58,369 nt of DNA from the IMG/VR virus record IMGVR_UViG_3300009160_000050, positions 1 to 58,369 of that record; one strand, written 5' to 3'. Below the pieces are notes generated by a model. It searched no databases. It saw nothing but the letters and a program-made list of their open reading frames with translations, and had not been told where the DNA came from. The DNA is from a virus. Taxonomy: Duplodnaviria > Caudoviricetes. Positions within the stretch are counted from its first letter, which is position 1, and each line of letters starts with the position of its first letter. Position numbers and translations under genes: made by a program. Shown piece by piece: positions 31,279-41,131 of this stretch.

Positions 31279-31286
31279 TATAAATA
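31279..31286 (+). promoter_or_regulatory. T4-type late promoter TATAAATA (representative of many ATAAATA sites)
   Basis: Exact T4 late consensus 20 nt before an ATG, also at 30465-30472 (-). ATAAATA at 2140, 20061, 23025, 37410, 41109, 45999, 50710, 51841, 56580, 58108 (+) and 20013, 29067, 56566 (-). Confidence 0.7.
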
Positions 31287-31306
31287 ATCTAAAGAAATTA
31301 TACTAA

Positions 31307-32965
31307 ATGGCTAGTGCAACTGAAAATTTTAAGGTATTTAAACGACTTAGTGTTTATATCGAGGACATTTTAAGTCAGTCGATCAATTACTTAACGAGTA
31401 AGTTCGACCAAAACAGAGTAGTATTTACTGCAGCCTCACCATTTGGGCAGTTATTATTAGTTGTTGAAAATTTAACTCAATTAGTTTTTTACTATATCGA
31501 GGACTCAATTACCGAACTTAATATTAATGAAGCAACTCGATTGACTTCAATTTATTCCCTATCAAGTTTATCTGGACATAATCCTAGTCGAGCAGTATCT
31601 GCAGTTGGCGAAGTAAAACTTTCAACTAATGCTGGTGCAATCGATGCTGAATACGATTTTGTAATTATCCCAAACTTAACCCGATTACGTTGTTTAAATA
31701 ATGGATTAACATATATTTTAGACCTTCCACAAGACGAAGTTAGATTTTCCTTTAGCGGAAAGGATAATGGTCTAAAATTACAGATTCGTCAAGGAATCGT
31801 TGAGACTCAGACTGTTTCTGCAAAGGGCGTCCCGACTGACAGTTTTTCAATCGGCAGTCCACAAAACTTCTATGTAGATAACTTTTATGTAAACGTTTAT
31901 GTGAATGGAGAAAAATGGACCAAATATGATTCAATCTTAGATATGCCTCGTGGAGAACGTGCATACATGATAAAAACAGGAGTTACTACTGGAATAGATT
32001 TATACTTTGGTAATAATAACTATGGTAAAATACCTGGATATGGAGCTGATGTTACTGTTGAATACTTAGTAACTGAAGGAGCCAACGGAAATATTAGAAC
32101 GAATGATCCGTCTAAAGTTCAATTTGAATTTATTGATACTGGGTTTAGTATCCTAGGTGATGAAATTGATCTTAACGAATTTATTGATGCAATTACAACG
32201 CATCCTCCATTCTTCGGTTCAAATCCAGAAGACTCTAACTTAACGCGGCTTATTGCGCCTCGTATGTCAAAGAGCTTTGCTCTAGTTAATGCAGATCATT
32301 ACGAGATCTTATTGAGAAAACTTAAATTATTTTCAGTAATTACCGTTTACTTAGACGAACTAGACAATCGTATCCTAAATTTATTCCTGATTCCAGATAT
32401 CAGAAAAACTTTTAATACTGGCCAAGATTATTTTAATGCGAATATTGATCGCTTTATCTTAAGTGATTACCAAAAACAGGAACTACTAAGATTTATTGAA
32501 AAATCAGGATCTAAATTAATTTCAACAGATATTGTAATTATTGATCCTGCTCCATCTAACTATGTAATTAATACGTCAGTTATCGTTTTTGATGATGTAG
32601 ACACTGAAATTATTAAGCGCGATATTCTCAATGCCTTAGGAACTTTCTTTATTGAAAACACAAGAAGAAGTAGAATTCCAAAGAGTGACTTAATTAAAAT
32701 TATTGAGGGCGTAAATGGAGTAGACTCAGTGTCAGTTAATATTATTTCACAAAAGAATGAACTTGCAAAAATTGCAAACCCAAATGCTGTCGACGTTGGA
32801 CTTGATGAATTTAACGATATTGTGACTCTAGCAAACGAGCTTCCTCTAATTCGAGGAGGATTTAGCGATCGTTACGGAAACGTGTATGCTACTGGAATTT
32901 CAGAAGAGTCCTTAGGTGCAGTAAATATCCAGATCAAGGCAATTATGCCAAGACCAAAAATGTAA
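31307..32965 (+). CDS. Baseplate wedge protein (T4 gp6 / baseplate J-like)
   Basis: ELNINEATRLTSIYSLSSLSGHNP, LYFGNNNYGKIP...VEYLVTEGANGN, ALVNADHYE, IIEGVNGVDSV. Confidence 0.8.
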   Translation: MASATENFKVFKRLSVYIEDILSQSINYLTSKFDQNRVVFTAASPFGQLLLVVENLTQLVFYYIEDSITELNINEATRLTSIYSLSSLSGHNPSRAVSAVGEVKLSTNAGAIDAEYDFVIIPNLTRLRCLNNGLTYILDLPQDEVRFSFSGKDNGLKLQIRQGIVETQTVSAKGVPTDSFSIGSPQNFYVDNFYVNVYVNGEKWTKYDSILDMPRGERAYMIKTGVTTGIDLYFGNNNYGKIPGYGADVTVEYLVTEGANGNIRTNDPSKVQFEFIDTGFSILGDEIDLNEFIDAITTHPPFFGSNPEDSNLTRLIAPRMSKSFALVNADHYEILLRKLKLFSVITVYLDELDNRILNLFLIPDIRKTFNTGQDYFNANIDRFILSDYQKQELLRFIEKSGSKLISTDIVIIDPAPSNYVINTSVIVFDDVDTEIIKRDILNALGTFFIENTRRSRIPKSDLIKIIEGVNGVDSVSVNIISQKNELAKIANPNAVDVGLDEFNDIVTLANELPLIRGGFSDRYGNVYATGISEESLGAVNIQIKAIMPRPKM

Positions 32966-32972
32966 AATAAAA

Positions 32973-33218
32973 ATGGTAAAAGGAAGCATATTTCGACCTG
33001 TACTTCAGCGTCGAGAAAAAAGAAAACACGTAGGTTTTGAGTATAAAGGTCAGATCCTAAAGCGAACCCTCTCTTCACAGATGTTTGGTGTAAATGAGAC
33101 TCTTACTACTTATATTTCACAGATTGAAAAGATCGTATATGAGTGGGTCGAGGCAGTAAAGCAGATTAAGATCCACGCAAATCCTGCAGTGGACAAGTAC
33201 GAAGAGAAAATAAAATAA
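32973..33218 (+). CDS. Hypothetical protein
   Basis: 81 aa with tight operon spacing. Confidence 0.55.
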   Translation: MVKGSIFRPVLQRREKRKHVGFEYKGQILKRTLSSQMFGVNETLTTYISQIEKIVYEWVEAVKQIKIHANPAVDKYEEKIK

Positions 33219-33222
33219 TCGC

Positions 33223-33957
33223 ATGGCAGAGCATAATCAAAAAATGAGTAAAGAAAGTCGGCACCATTTAAAGGACGAGATTCAGGCTTTGCTCGGATCC
33301 ATTGGCGCTGAGAATAATCAAAATGATTTAGTAATCGATACTGAGATCTCAAATAAAACTAAGGCAGAGAGCCCCTATGATTTTGAGGCAATGAGTAGTC
33401 AATTTACTCTAAAAGCTAGAGAAATAACTGATTCTCTTTTTAAGAATTTTGTAGATATTGGAATCTTTGAAGAAAACGATTATGCAAAACATAAAAAGGA
33501 ATTAGATACAATTAACATTTCCAATTTCTTTTTCCAGTTAAAAACCCTAAAGATAACGATTATTAAGGTGATGGAAGAAATTACTTCCGGCAATACTCAT
33601 CCTCGTCTAATTGAAGTAATGGGGCAGTTACAAGATAAGATGGCTGCAATTACTAAAATGCAGGCAAACTATATAATCTTCTTAGAAGATACTTATCAAA
33701 AATTAAATCGAGATAAGCCAGTAAACGATGACGACCAGAAGATAGGTTCGAGTCCAGAAGAGGGACAGTTTTTTATTACAGTAGGAACTAAAAACCTTAC
33801 TAAAAGCTTACCAGCTTCGTCTCTAGAACGCCCGAGTGGTAAAACCTCCGGCTCTCTTATTAATCCAAGTAACAAGCACGAACTTATGCGAGAAAAAAAC
33901 ATTGAAATCGAATCTGATGATTCAGACGATTTTATCGATCTCACTGAGATAATCTAA
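33223..33957 (+). CDS. Putative terminase small subunit
   Basis: Directly upstream of TerL. HPRLIEVMGQL echoes the T4 gp16 PR..EV motif. Confidence 0.55.
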   Translation: MAEHNQKMSKESRHHLKDEIQALLGSIGAENNQNDLVIDTEISNKTKAESPYDFEAMSSQFTLKAREITDSLFKNFVDIGIFEENDYAKHKKELDTINISNFFFQLKTLKITIIKVMEEITSGNTHPRLIEVMGQLQDKMAAITKMQANYIIFLEDTYQKLNRDKPVNDDDQKIGSSPEEGQFFITVGTKNLTKSLPASSLERPSGKTSGSLINPSNKHELMREKNIEIESDDSDDFIDLTEII

Positions 33958-33964
33958 ATTACGT

Positions 33965-35944
33965 ATGAGAGATATAATGTCAAATAGCGGCGCATTCACG
34001 TCTCGTAAGATTTCTAGAATAGGCGGAGATGACGACGATACTAACACCTCGATATGGACCACACTTCGTATTCAAAAGATTCTTGATGAAATCGATAATG
34101 GATTAGATATTAAAGGTCTACATAATTCTCCATTTAAGGATAATGACGTTAACTTGAAACGTGCAAATCTGCCGTTTGAATATACACCCGACGAGTGGAA
34201 AGAGCTTTCAAAATGTAAAGAAGATATTATCTATTTTGCACAGAATTACTGTTATATTCAAACTGGAGATGGAGTTAAACTAATTAAAGAAGCTGGAGGG
34301 TTACGTGATTTCCAAGAACAGATCCTTCTTGCATTTATGAATAATAAAATGAATATTTTAATGGCAAGTCGACAAACTGGTAAATCAGTGACCTCTGCTA
34401 TTTTTATCTTGTGGTTCTTGCTTTTCCATGCTGAAAAAACTGCACTAGTTGTTGCCGATAACTTTACAACTACTCGAGAATTATTAGATAAGTTTAGAAT
34501 TTCATTAGACAACCTTCCATTTTTTATGAAGCCTGGAATCAAGCACGTAAATACTGGAAATATTAAATTTGATAACGATAGTCGTATTGTTTGTAGAACA
34601 ACAACTAAAAAATCAGGTATTGGTCTTACTGTAAACTTACTATACATTGATGAGTTTGCGCATATCGACCAGGCAAAATTAGATGAGTTCTATCGAGCAA
34701 TCTTTCCCACTATCACCGCTGACCCTAATTCCAAATCAATTATTACTTCCACGCCAAATGGTAAAAACAAGTTTTATGATATTTGGGTAGATGCAATTGA
34801 AGGAAAAAGCAGTTATGTTCCTCTTCGTGTGGATTGGTGGCAGGTTGCTAATCGTGGTGAAGAGTGGAAACAGCAAGCGACTGCAGATATTGGAGGAATC
34901 GAAGATTTTAATCAGGAATATGGACTACAATTCTTCTCTTCTGATGAACTCTTATTAGGCTCGACTGAACTTAAGAGATTAAACAATATTAAAGTTGAAT
35001 ACATGCATTCACGACTTCCTCTTAGCGAGGATCGCGTGTATATTAATGACTACTTATTATTCCATCCAAAATACGTAACTCGAGAAATAGACGATTGGAA
35101 AAATGATCCAGCCAATTATGTATTTACTATTGATACTGCAGATGGAGTAGGCGGCGACTATTCAGTTTTAAATATTTACAAAGTAGTGGCGATGCCAGTT
35201 TCTGAATTACTTAAGAAAAAAGATGCAGTCAGAAACGAGTTAGACACGATTTCGCTTGTACAAGTTGGAGTTTTCCGATCTAATGAACTAGACGTAACTC
35301 AATTTTCAGCAGCAGCCGAGTTCATTACATACAGAATATTTAACCCAGACAAAGTCCGTATTGTGCTTGAGATGAATCATAAAGGAGAGATCGTTCACTC
35401 TAGATTCTCAGATAATTCTAATTATTGGACTGGGCAGTTTGTACATAGTAAACACACTGAAATGGCAGTGCAAGCCAAACTTGGATTAAGACTTGGACCG
35501 ACGAACAAAATAAAATACTGTGAGAGATTCAAATATCTTATCACTATGAATAAAATTATTCCAACTGATTACTTAACTTTTATGGAGTTAATGTCATTTG
35601 GAAAAACAAAAGGCGGGTCATACCGTGGTCAAAATGGAAACGACGATCTTGCCATGACATCAGTTAACCTGGCACCATTTTTTGACTCTCCACAGTTCTG
35701 GGATCTAGGAGTAGACACCTATGAAAATATGCCTCCTGCATATAGAAAAGAGATTGAAGAAAAAATATTTAACATATATCGTGAAAATAACACGAAGAGT
35801 TTGTATAATTTTGAAGAGCTGAAACGACTAAACACAATACAAGACACATCCGTTCCTGCAGCTAAACAGACCGCAACCAATGTATTTGATTTAGAATCAC
35901 TTGAACAAATGAGAAAAATAAAGAACAGATTTTTTAATTCTTAA
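33965..35944 (+). CDS. terL: Terminase large subunit (T4 gp17-like)
   Basis: LRDFQ, Walker A ASRQTGKS, Walker B LLYIDEFAH, ITSTPNG, nuclease IDTADGVGGDYS and NDDLAMT. Confidence 0.95.
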   Translation: MRDIMSNSGAFTSRKISRIGGDDDDTNTSIWTTLRIQKILDEIDNGLDIKGLHNSPFKDNDVNLKRANLPFEYTPDEWKELSKCKEDIIYFAQNYCYIQTGDGVKLIKEAGGLRDFQEQILLAFMNNKMNILMASRQTGKSVTSAIFILWFLLFHAEKTALVVADNFTTTRELLDKFRISLDNLPFFMKPGIKHVNTGNIKFDNDSRIVCRTTTKKSGIGLTVNLLYIDEFAHIDQAKLDEFYRAIFPTITADPNSKSIITSTPNGKNKFYDIWVDAIEGKSSYVPLRVDWWQVANRGEEWKQQATADIGGIEDFNQEYGLQFFSSDELLLGSTELKRLNNIKVEYMHSRLPLSEDRVYINDYLLFHPKYVTREIDDWKNDPANYVFTIDTADGVGGDYSVLNIYKVVAMPVSELLKKKDAVRNELDTISLVQVGVFRSNELDVTQFSAAAEFITYRIFNPDKVRIVLEMNHKGEIVHSRFSDNSNYWTGQFVHSKHTEMAVQAKLGLRLGPTNKIKYCERFKYLITMNKIIPTDYLTFMELMSFGKTKGGSYRGQNGNDDLAMTSVNLAPFFDSPQFWDLGVDTYENMPPAYRKEIEEKIFNIYRENNTKSLYNFEELKRLNTIQDTSVPAAKQTATNVFDLESLEQMRKIKNRFFNS

Positions 35945-35988
35945 CGTTTTCTTAGTATTATTATATAGACCGAAAAAATCAATCAGTT

Positions 35989-36303
35989 ATGCAATCTTTA
36001 AAATTCAATGGAGATATTACGTTAGACGAAGTCTTCAACCAACACCGAATCTTAATCTATAACAATGTGTTGGATGCAATTCAAAAGAATTACAAAGATC
36101 AGACAATTGAAGAAATAAAAGTCGTAACCATTACGTTAAACAACATTGAGTATTCAATAAACCTTTCTAGAAGTAAATTTGTTAGTGGTCTCGAAAACGC
36201 CATCTCTTTTTACGAAGCAGCTGAGGAATATGAGAAATGTCAAAGCTGCGTGGACATCATCAAAGATCTTAATAAGAAAAAAAAGAGAAAAGCAACTAAC
36301 TAA
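35989..36303 (+). CDS. Hypothetical protein with C-terminal UVR-like helical hairpin
   Basis: LENAISFYEAAEEYEKCQSCVDII. Confidence 0.55.
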   Translation: MQSLKFNGDITLDEVFNQHRILIYNNVLDAIQKNYKDQTIEEIKVVTITLNNIEYSINLSRSKFVSGLENAISFYEAAEEYEKCQSCVDIIKDLNKKKKRKATN

Positions 36304-36306
36304 CAT

Positions 36307-36933
36307 ATGGGATACGAAGAAATAAATGGTAAAATCAACTTACGCATTCAGGAAATATCAGAAAAACTACTAAATGGAGAAATAACTGAGCCTGAAAGAA
36401 ACGAATTAGCACAACTCATCTATCCAAAATTAAAGTTCTATGTCTGGAAATTCTGTAAAAATGAATTTGATACAGAAGAGGCTTTACAATATGCGTTAAA
36501 ACGTATATTTAAAAATGTTGCTCAATTCAATTTTGAAAAAGGTAGATTTACTACATGGATTTATACAATTGCCCGTAATGAGACTTTATATTATCTTTAT
36601 CACAAGAAAAAACACAATCACCTTGACATAGATGATCTTTATCCAAAAGTAGATCGTCCTGATGACTTTGAAGATAATAAAACTTATCATCTTGATATTG
36701 AAGAACTTTATGCAAAAACCGTACATGAGATATTTAATATTAATGATGAGGTGATGAAGAATATTGCAATCGACAAGATGATAAAAAACAAAAAAGTTAA
36801 GCAGATTGCAACTGATTATGAAATGAATGAAAACACTGTAAAAACCAAACTTCGAAAAATAAGAATCGATATTCGAGATGCAGTAATTAAAGAAAATCCA
36901 GACCTAGAAGAAAAAATAAGAATGTTAATATGA
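36307..36933 (+). CDS. RNA polymerase sigma factor (sigma70/ECF-like)
   Basis: Region 2 [18 protein letters not shown]. Region 4 [26 protein letters not shown]. Confidence 0.88.
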   Translation: MGYEEINGKINLRIQEISEKLLNGEITEPERNELAQLIYPKLKFYVWKFCKNEFDTEEALQYALKRIFKNVAQFNFEKGRFTTWIYTIARNETLYYLYHKKKHNHLDIDDLYPKVDRPDDFEDNKTYHLDIEELYAKTVHEIFNINDEVMKNIAIDKMIKNKKVKQIATDYEMNENTVKTKLRKIRIDIRDAVIKENPDLEEKIRMLI

Positions 36934-37391
36934 TGTTTGATAAAACTAATCCAATTAGAGTATTTAAGAATCTCAAAGATTCAATTGAAGACCTAGCAAA
37001 TTTCTATAAATACCAAAAAATTATCTTTGAGCTTCAACGCGAAGGCAAGTTAGAGGCAATCGGTTTCTCATTAGATTCTGATGCAAACCTATATCTTGGG
37101 ATAAACTTAAATCCTGAAATTTTGCTCTATTCTGAAACTTCATCCGGGCCTGCCGAACTTAGAATGGTCAGTGAACGGATGAAAAAATACACAGATTTTC
37201 TAACAAAAGAAGGTATCCTTGACTTTGTTAAAGTAGAGTATGATCGCATCCAGACAGAAGCATATTATGGATATATCCTTCAAGTAAAATATGACTTCAA
37301 AAAGTATAGAAGAGGTAGTTTTATTTATGGAATCAGCTACTTTCTTGCAATGATAGCCTCTATTGCAACCCTAGTATTATTTTTAATCTAA
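36930..37391 (+). CDS. Hypothetical protein with C-terminal TM helix
   Basis: Overlaps the sigma stop (ATGA). Hydrophobic tail [23 protein letters not shown]. Confidence 0.65.
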   Translation: MMFDKTNPIRVFKNLKDSIEDLANFYKYQKIIFELQREGKLEAIGFSLDSDANLYLGINLNPEILLYSETSSGPAELRMVSERMKKYTDFLTKEGILDFVKVEYDRIQTEAYYGYILQVKYDFKKYRRGSFIYGISYFLAMIASIATLVLFLI

Positions 37392-37432
37392 TATTTTCTT
37401 AAAAACCAAATAAATAATAAAAATCAAATACT

Positions 37433-37747
37433 ATGAAAAGATTTGACGAATTTTTAACTAAACACTGGACAAAAATTGTATTAATTCTATTAATTACAAT
37501 TTTTGTAAATACTTGCAGCAATCCAAATAAGACTGTAAACAAACGTATTGACTCTCTTTCAGTTAAGGTAGATTCACTTACTACTGAAATCAATACTATT
37601 AAAGCTTCAACTTTAACTAAAACTGATCTTCAGATTGAAGGACTAAAGGTTGAAAAAAGAATGATTCAATCAACTGATCGCCGCATCCTAGATGTAAACA
37701 GGCAATCTGAAATTGACCAAGAGTTGAAAAAATTAGAAGGAAAATAA
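37433..37747 (+). CDS. Small membrane-anchored/lipoprotein-like coiled-coil protein
   Basis: KIVLILLITIFVNTC followed by coiled coil. Confidence 0.6.
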   Translation: MKRFDEFLTKHWTKIVLILLITIFVNTCSNPNKTVNKRIDSLSVKVDSLTTEINTIKASTLTKTDLQIEGLKVEKRMIQSTDRRILDVNRQSEIDQELKKLEGK

Positions 37748-38412
37748 TGATAGAGTGGATTAAGAGAAACAAGGAGGGGATCATTCGAGCAATGTTCCTC
37801 ATTCCTATTTTATCAGTTGCAACTATTTCTATTTCTCACGTAGTTAGCTGGTACGATTTAGCTAACCCAATTAGCTGGGCAGTATATCTTTCAGTTGCTG
37901 TAGAAATTGCAGCAATGTCTGCAATCGCGGCGGCCTCAGTTAAAGTAAAAGGATTTTCAGTATGGTTTGTGTTCATTATCGTGACACTTATCCAATTTAT
38001 TGGAAATATCTTCTTTTGTTATTCTGAGATCGATATTACCTCAACTTCATTTAAAAATTGGTCAGAATTAACCGGTCCAGTTTTTGAAATGATTGGCAGT
38101 GATATTGCTGATACTATTGCGCAAAGAAGATGGTTAGCCCTTCTAGAAGGCGGGCTCCTTCCTCTAATTTCGCTTACTTGTCTGCACTTTTTTATTAAGT
38201 ATGGCGAAATAGATAATATTGAATCAACTAAACAGGTTGAGGAAGAAGCATCAATTGAAGAAGAGTTACCAGTTACTGAAGTAATTAATGGAGAACAGGT
38301 TGAAGAAGTAAAACCACCTGCTCCAATCAAACCTTCAGTCGGAGGAGCTTTTCCAAAAATTGAAAGACGCTCTGAGCTAAGCGAAAAAATGAAAAAAATC
38401 CAAGGAAAATGA
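37747..38412 (+). CDS. Multi-pass membrane protein (about 4 TM)
   Basis: Four hydrophobic segments and a charged C-terminal tail. Confidence 0.65.
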   Translation: MIEWIKRNKEGIIRAMFLIPILSVATISISHVVSWYDLANPISWAVYLSVAVEIAAMSAIAAASVKVKGFSVWFVFIIVTLIQFIGNIFFCYSEIDITSTSFKNWSELTGPVFEMIGSDIADTIAQRRWLALLEGGLLPLISLTCLHFFIKYGEIDNIESTKQVEEEASIEEELPVTEVINGEQVEEVKPPAPIKPSVGGAFPKIERRSELSEKMKKIQGK

Positions 38413-38942
38413 TTCCTAATTTAAACGACGTTTGCACATGTTGTGGAGGATATGAAGATCAACCACTACTTCAAATATTCGGAGATAACTGCTTTAGAGT
38501 AGTAGAGGGTAAAGCAACACATGGTGAATTTTGCATAGGAGATTTTGCATTTCCAGTAGACGGTTATCAGTGTACTGGATTGAATGTAGATATCGATGGT
38601 GGCGAAATAGTTCTATTTGATAATCAAATATTTGCTGCATCACCAAGCCAAACTCTAGAAAGCGAAAAACTTTATGTTAGAGGCCTAATGCTCAGGATAA
38701 TTTATCCTACAAATAACACAGACGGAGAAGAAATTCAACTTGTTGATAAATCCGTGAAACTTGTAATGGAAAATGCTGACTTGATTTCAGCAGAATACCC
38801 ACTATATGACTTTTTTACAATCTTTACTAATCCAAAGTCAAATAAGGCCGAAGATTTAATAAATAAGATAAAGATAGTCAATCCTAACCTATTGTACAAA
38901 ATTAGAGTTTCTGCTCTAATCATATATGGAAAGGCTATATAA
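38409..38942 (+). CDS. Hypothetical protein
   Basis: 177 aa. Cys cluster CTCC at the N-terminus. ATGA overlap. Confidence 0.6.
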   Translation: MIPNLNDVCTCCGGYEDQPLLQIFGDNCFRVVEGKATHGEFCIGDFAFPVDGYQCTGLNVDIDGGEIVLFDNQIFAASPSQTLESEKLYVRGLMLRIIYPTNNTDGEEIQLVDKSVKLVMENADLISAEYPLYDFFTIFTNPKSNKAEDLINKIKIVNPNLLYKIRVSALIIYGKAI

Positions 38943-38957
38943 AAAAATAAAAAACAA

Positions 38958-39359
38958 ATGCTAGATAGCGGAGTTGAATTAATAACATTAATAGCCGGAA
39001 TTAATTACGAGCCAACCTTTGTTAGTACGGATAAAAGAGTTCCAGCAGGCACGCCAACTAGTCTTGGCTACTTACAAATTGGAGAAATTCAGCAGTATGG
39101 ATTTGCAAAGGGTCCAATATTTAAAGTTGGTTTCTTGGATTTAAGCAGTGTTGCAGTTGCATCCCATGTAAAAATCTGGGGAATCAGCAATAAAAATAAT
39201 GATGCTCCTCTTTTCCCAATTAGTTATTTCACACTAAACCCTGATGTTACTGTGTACCTAAAGAAATTTATTTTCTGTGATGCCTTTGGAGAAGAGGTAG
39301 TAGAGCCTGATTACACTGTAATTGGGTATAAAAAATCAGCAGTACCTTTATCTTGGTAA
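38958..39359 (+). CDS. Hypothetical protein
   Basis: 133 aa with A-rich leader. Confidence 0.6.
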   Translation: MLDSGVELITLIAGINYEPTFVSTDKRVPAGTPTSLGYLQIGEIQQYGFAKGPIFKVGFLDLSSVAVASHVKIWGISNKNNDAPLFPISYFTLNPDVTVYLKKFIFCDAFGEEVVEPDYTVIGYKKSAVPLSW

Positions 39360-39820
39360 TGAAGAAGCTTAACGAAAATAGTATTTCACCAATGGTTTCT
39401 CGAGGAGATTTTACTCGAGGATTACCTTTCTATGGCTCAAAAGGGGACTTTAACTTTACTGTTTCCAGAAGTAGATTTACTCCAGGTATCTCAGTAAGTC
39501 AAGCTCCATTAACGGATATGTCAGTTAAAGGTGACCCAGGATTCTCAGAATTCGATATGAGTGTTGCTAAACTTAAGATGTATTTTAAGCCTGGTGATAG
39601 AATTAGAGGTATTGCAGTCAATTCTATGTTAGACCATGAAAATGGAAAAGTAGTAGTTGGCAAATTACAGAAAATTGTTCCTGACTATTCAAACAACACT
39701 ATAAAAGTTTGGGTTAAAAATCCCAAAACCTTAGAAATACAAGAAGTTTACCCTGAATCTATTGAGAGAATATATGAATCCCATAGAGCAATGTCATTCA
39801 CTCAATTTATAAATTCGTAA
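39359..39820 (+). CDS. Hypothetical protein with SH3-like segment, likely head protein
   Basis: TAATG coupling. FKPGDRIRG...VVVGKLQKI. Begins MKKLNE and ends IYESHRAMSFTQFINS. Confidence 0.55.
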   Translation: MKKLNENSISPMVSRGDFTRGLPFYGSKGDFNFTVSRSRFTPGISVSQAPLTDMSVKGDPGFSEFDMSVAKLKMYFKPGDRIRGIAVNSMLDHENGKVVVGKLQKIVPDYSNNTIKVWVKNPKTLEIQEVYPESIERIYESHRAMSFTQFINS

Positions 39821-39843
39821 ATATTTAACCTTTAATTGATTTG

Positions 39844-39876
39844 AAAGCAACTAGTTTAAGAACCAGTTGCTTTTTT
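39844..39876 (+). terminator. Rho-independent terminator
   Basis: AAAGCAACT-aGTT-TAAG-AACc-AGTTGCTTTTTT. Confidence 0.65.
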
Positions 39877-39905
39877 GCTTATATAAGATAAAAAAATAAT
39901 TAGAC

Positions 39906-40913
39906 ATGAGTCAAAAAATTGATCCAGAAGAAGCAGAACGGTTTCTTAATGCACAGGATGAAAAGTATGGAGTCAACAAAGCTGCCGAACTTGTTGTTGA
40001 AACTGGAAAGGAACCGGAAAAGATAACTAGCTTAGGTAAAGCACAAAGCCATCAAAATCTAGTAGAGCTTTCTGCCGCGGAAGAGTCTCCATGGAAAATA
40101 CTAAACTTGCAAAATCTTCCTTCTCAGGGATTATTTTATCCAGAAGGAGTGGAATTACTTATTCGTTCAGCCAAGACTAAAGAAATTAGGCATTGGTCGA
40201 CAATCGATGAGACTGATCCGATTGATGTCAGAGAAAAGATTAATTTCGTGCTCAATGCTTGTACTAAATTTAAGATTAAGGGTCAAGCAATGTCTCTTAA
40301 CTTTAATGATTTTCTTGAAATAGACAAGTACCATATTATCTTTAGAATATATGAACTTACTTTCCCAAATCAGGAAAATAAGTTATGGGCATACATCAAG
40401 TGTTCGAATACTCAGTGTAACCACGTAAATCAAACCCAAGTTACAAGTAAGAACTTATTAGGCTTTCTCTTTCCTGAAGAGCTCATGAAATGGTATTCAC
40501 CAGAAGAAAAATGTTTTGTTATTGTTTCTGAGAAACTTGGAGAAACATTTAGAATCTTTTTACCAAATATTGGAACCTCTGCAAAATTCAGACAAAAGCG
40601 TAGAGAAGAACAAGAAAAAGGAATCCCTATTGATGACTCCTTTTATTCATATGGACCATATTTGATTAGAGAATGGCGAAAGATCGACATGACTATGCTC
40701 ACTGAACTAAAATTTGCGTCTATTGACTGGAAAGAAAATAAGTTTGTAGTTATCCACAAATTTACTGATTCTCTAGAAAAACAAAGCCTTAATAAAGCTG
40801 CTAGTGTTTGCGAAAAATGTAAAACACAAACTGAGAGCCATATTTTTTTGGGAGGAAGCTTCACTGTTAAAGATATTTTCATTATTTCAGCTGGACTTGA
40901 TGAACTTATTTGA
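39906..40913 (+). CDS. Baseplate hub/tail assembly chaperone (T4 gp26-like)
   Basis: LPSQGLFYPEG...IRSAKTKE, IDKYHIIFRIYELTF, C-x4-C (CSNTQC) and CEKC metal motifs. Confidence 0.65.
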   Translation: MSQKIDPEEAERFLNAQDEKYGVNKAAELVVETGKEPEKITSLGKAQSHQNLVELSAAEESPWKILNLQNLPSQGLFYPEGVELLIRSAKTKEIRHWSTIDETDPIDVREKINFVLNACTKFKIKGQAMSLNFNDFLEIDKYHIIFRIYELTFPNQENKLWAYIKCSNTQCNHVNQTQVTSKNLLGFLFPEELMKWYSPEEKCFVIVSEKLGETFRIFLPNIGTSAKFRQKRREEQEKGIPIDDSFYSYGPYLIREWRKIDMTMLTELKFASIDWKENKFVVIHKFTDSLEKQSLNKAASVCEKCKTQTESHIFLGGSFTVKDIFIISAGLDELI

Positions 40914-41112
40914 GCTTAATGCTCGATTAGCGGTGAAGCTGGGTCAATCCCTAGACACTCTGTATAATTTAGAATACATGGAATATTCATTACTCTTAAA
41001 TATTCTTAAAAAAGATATTGACGAGAAGAACGATGTTCTGACTCAAGAAACAAAAACGGTATACAACAACCCAATTAAAGTCAATCTACCCGAAGGCTTA
41101 AAGTTAAAATAA
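40900..41112 (+). CDS. Small baseplate/tail assembly protein (T4 gp51-like)
   Basis: MNLFELNARLAVKLGQSLDTLYNLEYMEYSLLLNIL. Overlaps the end of the gp26-like gene. The frame is open from 40804. Confidence 0.55.
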   Translation: MNLFELNARLAVKLGQSLDTLYNLEYMEYSLLLNILKKDIDEKNDVLTQETKTVYNNPIKVNLPEGLKLK

Positions 41113-41131
41113 ATAACAAAAAGAAACAAAG

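Noticed and set aside
33965-35944. Intein or intron in terminase
   Set aside because: ATPase and nuclease motifs are contiguous. No C...HN splice motifs or homing endonuclease.
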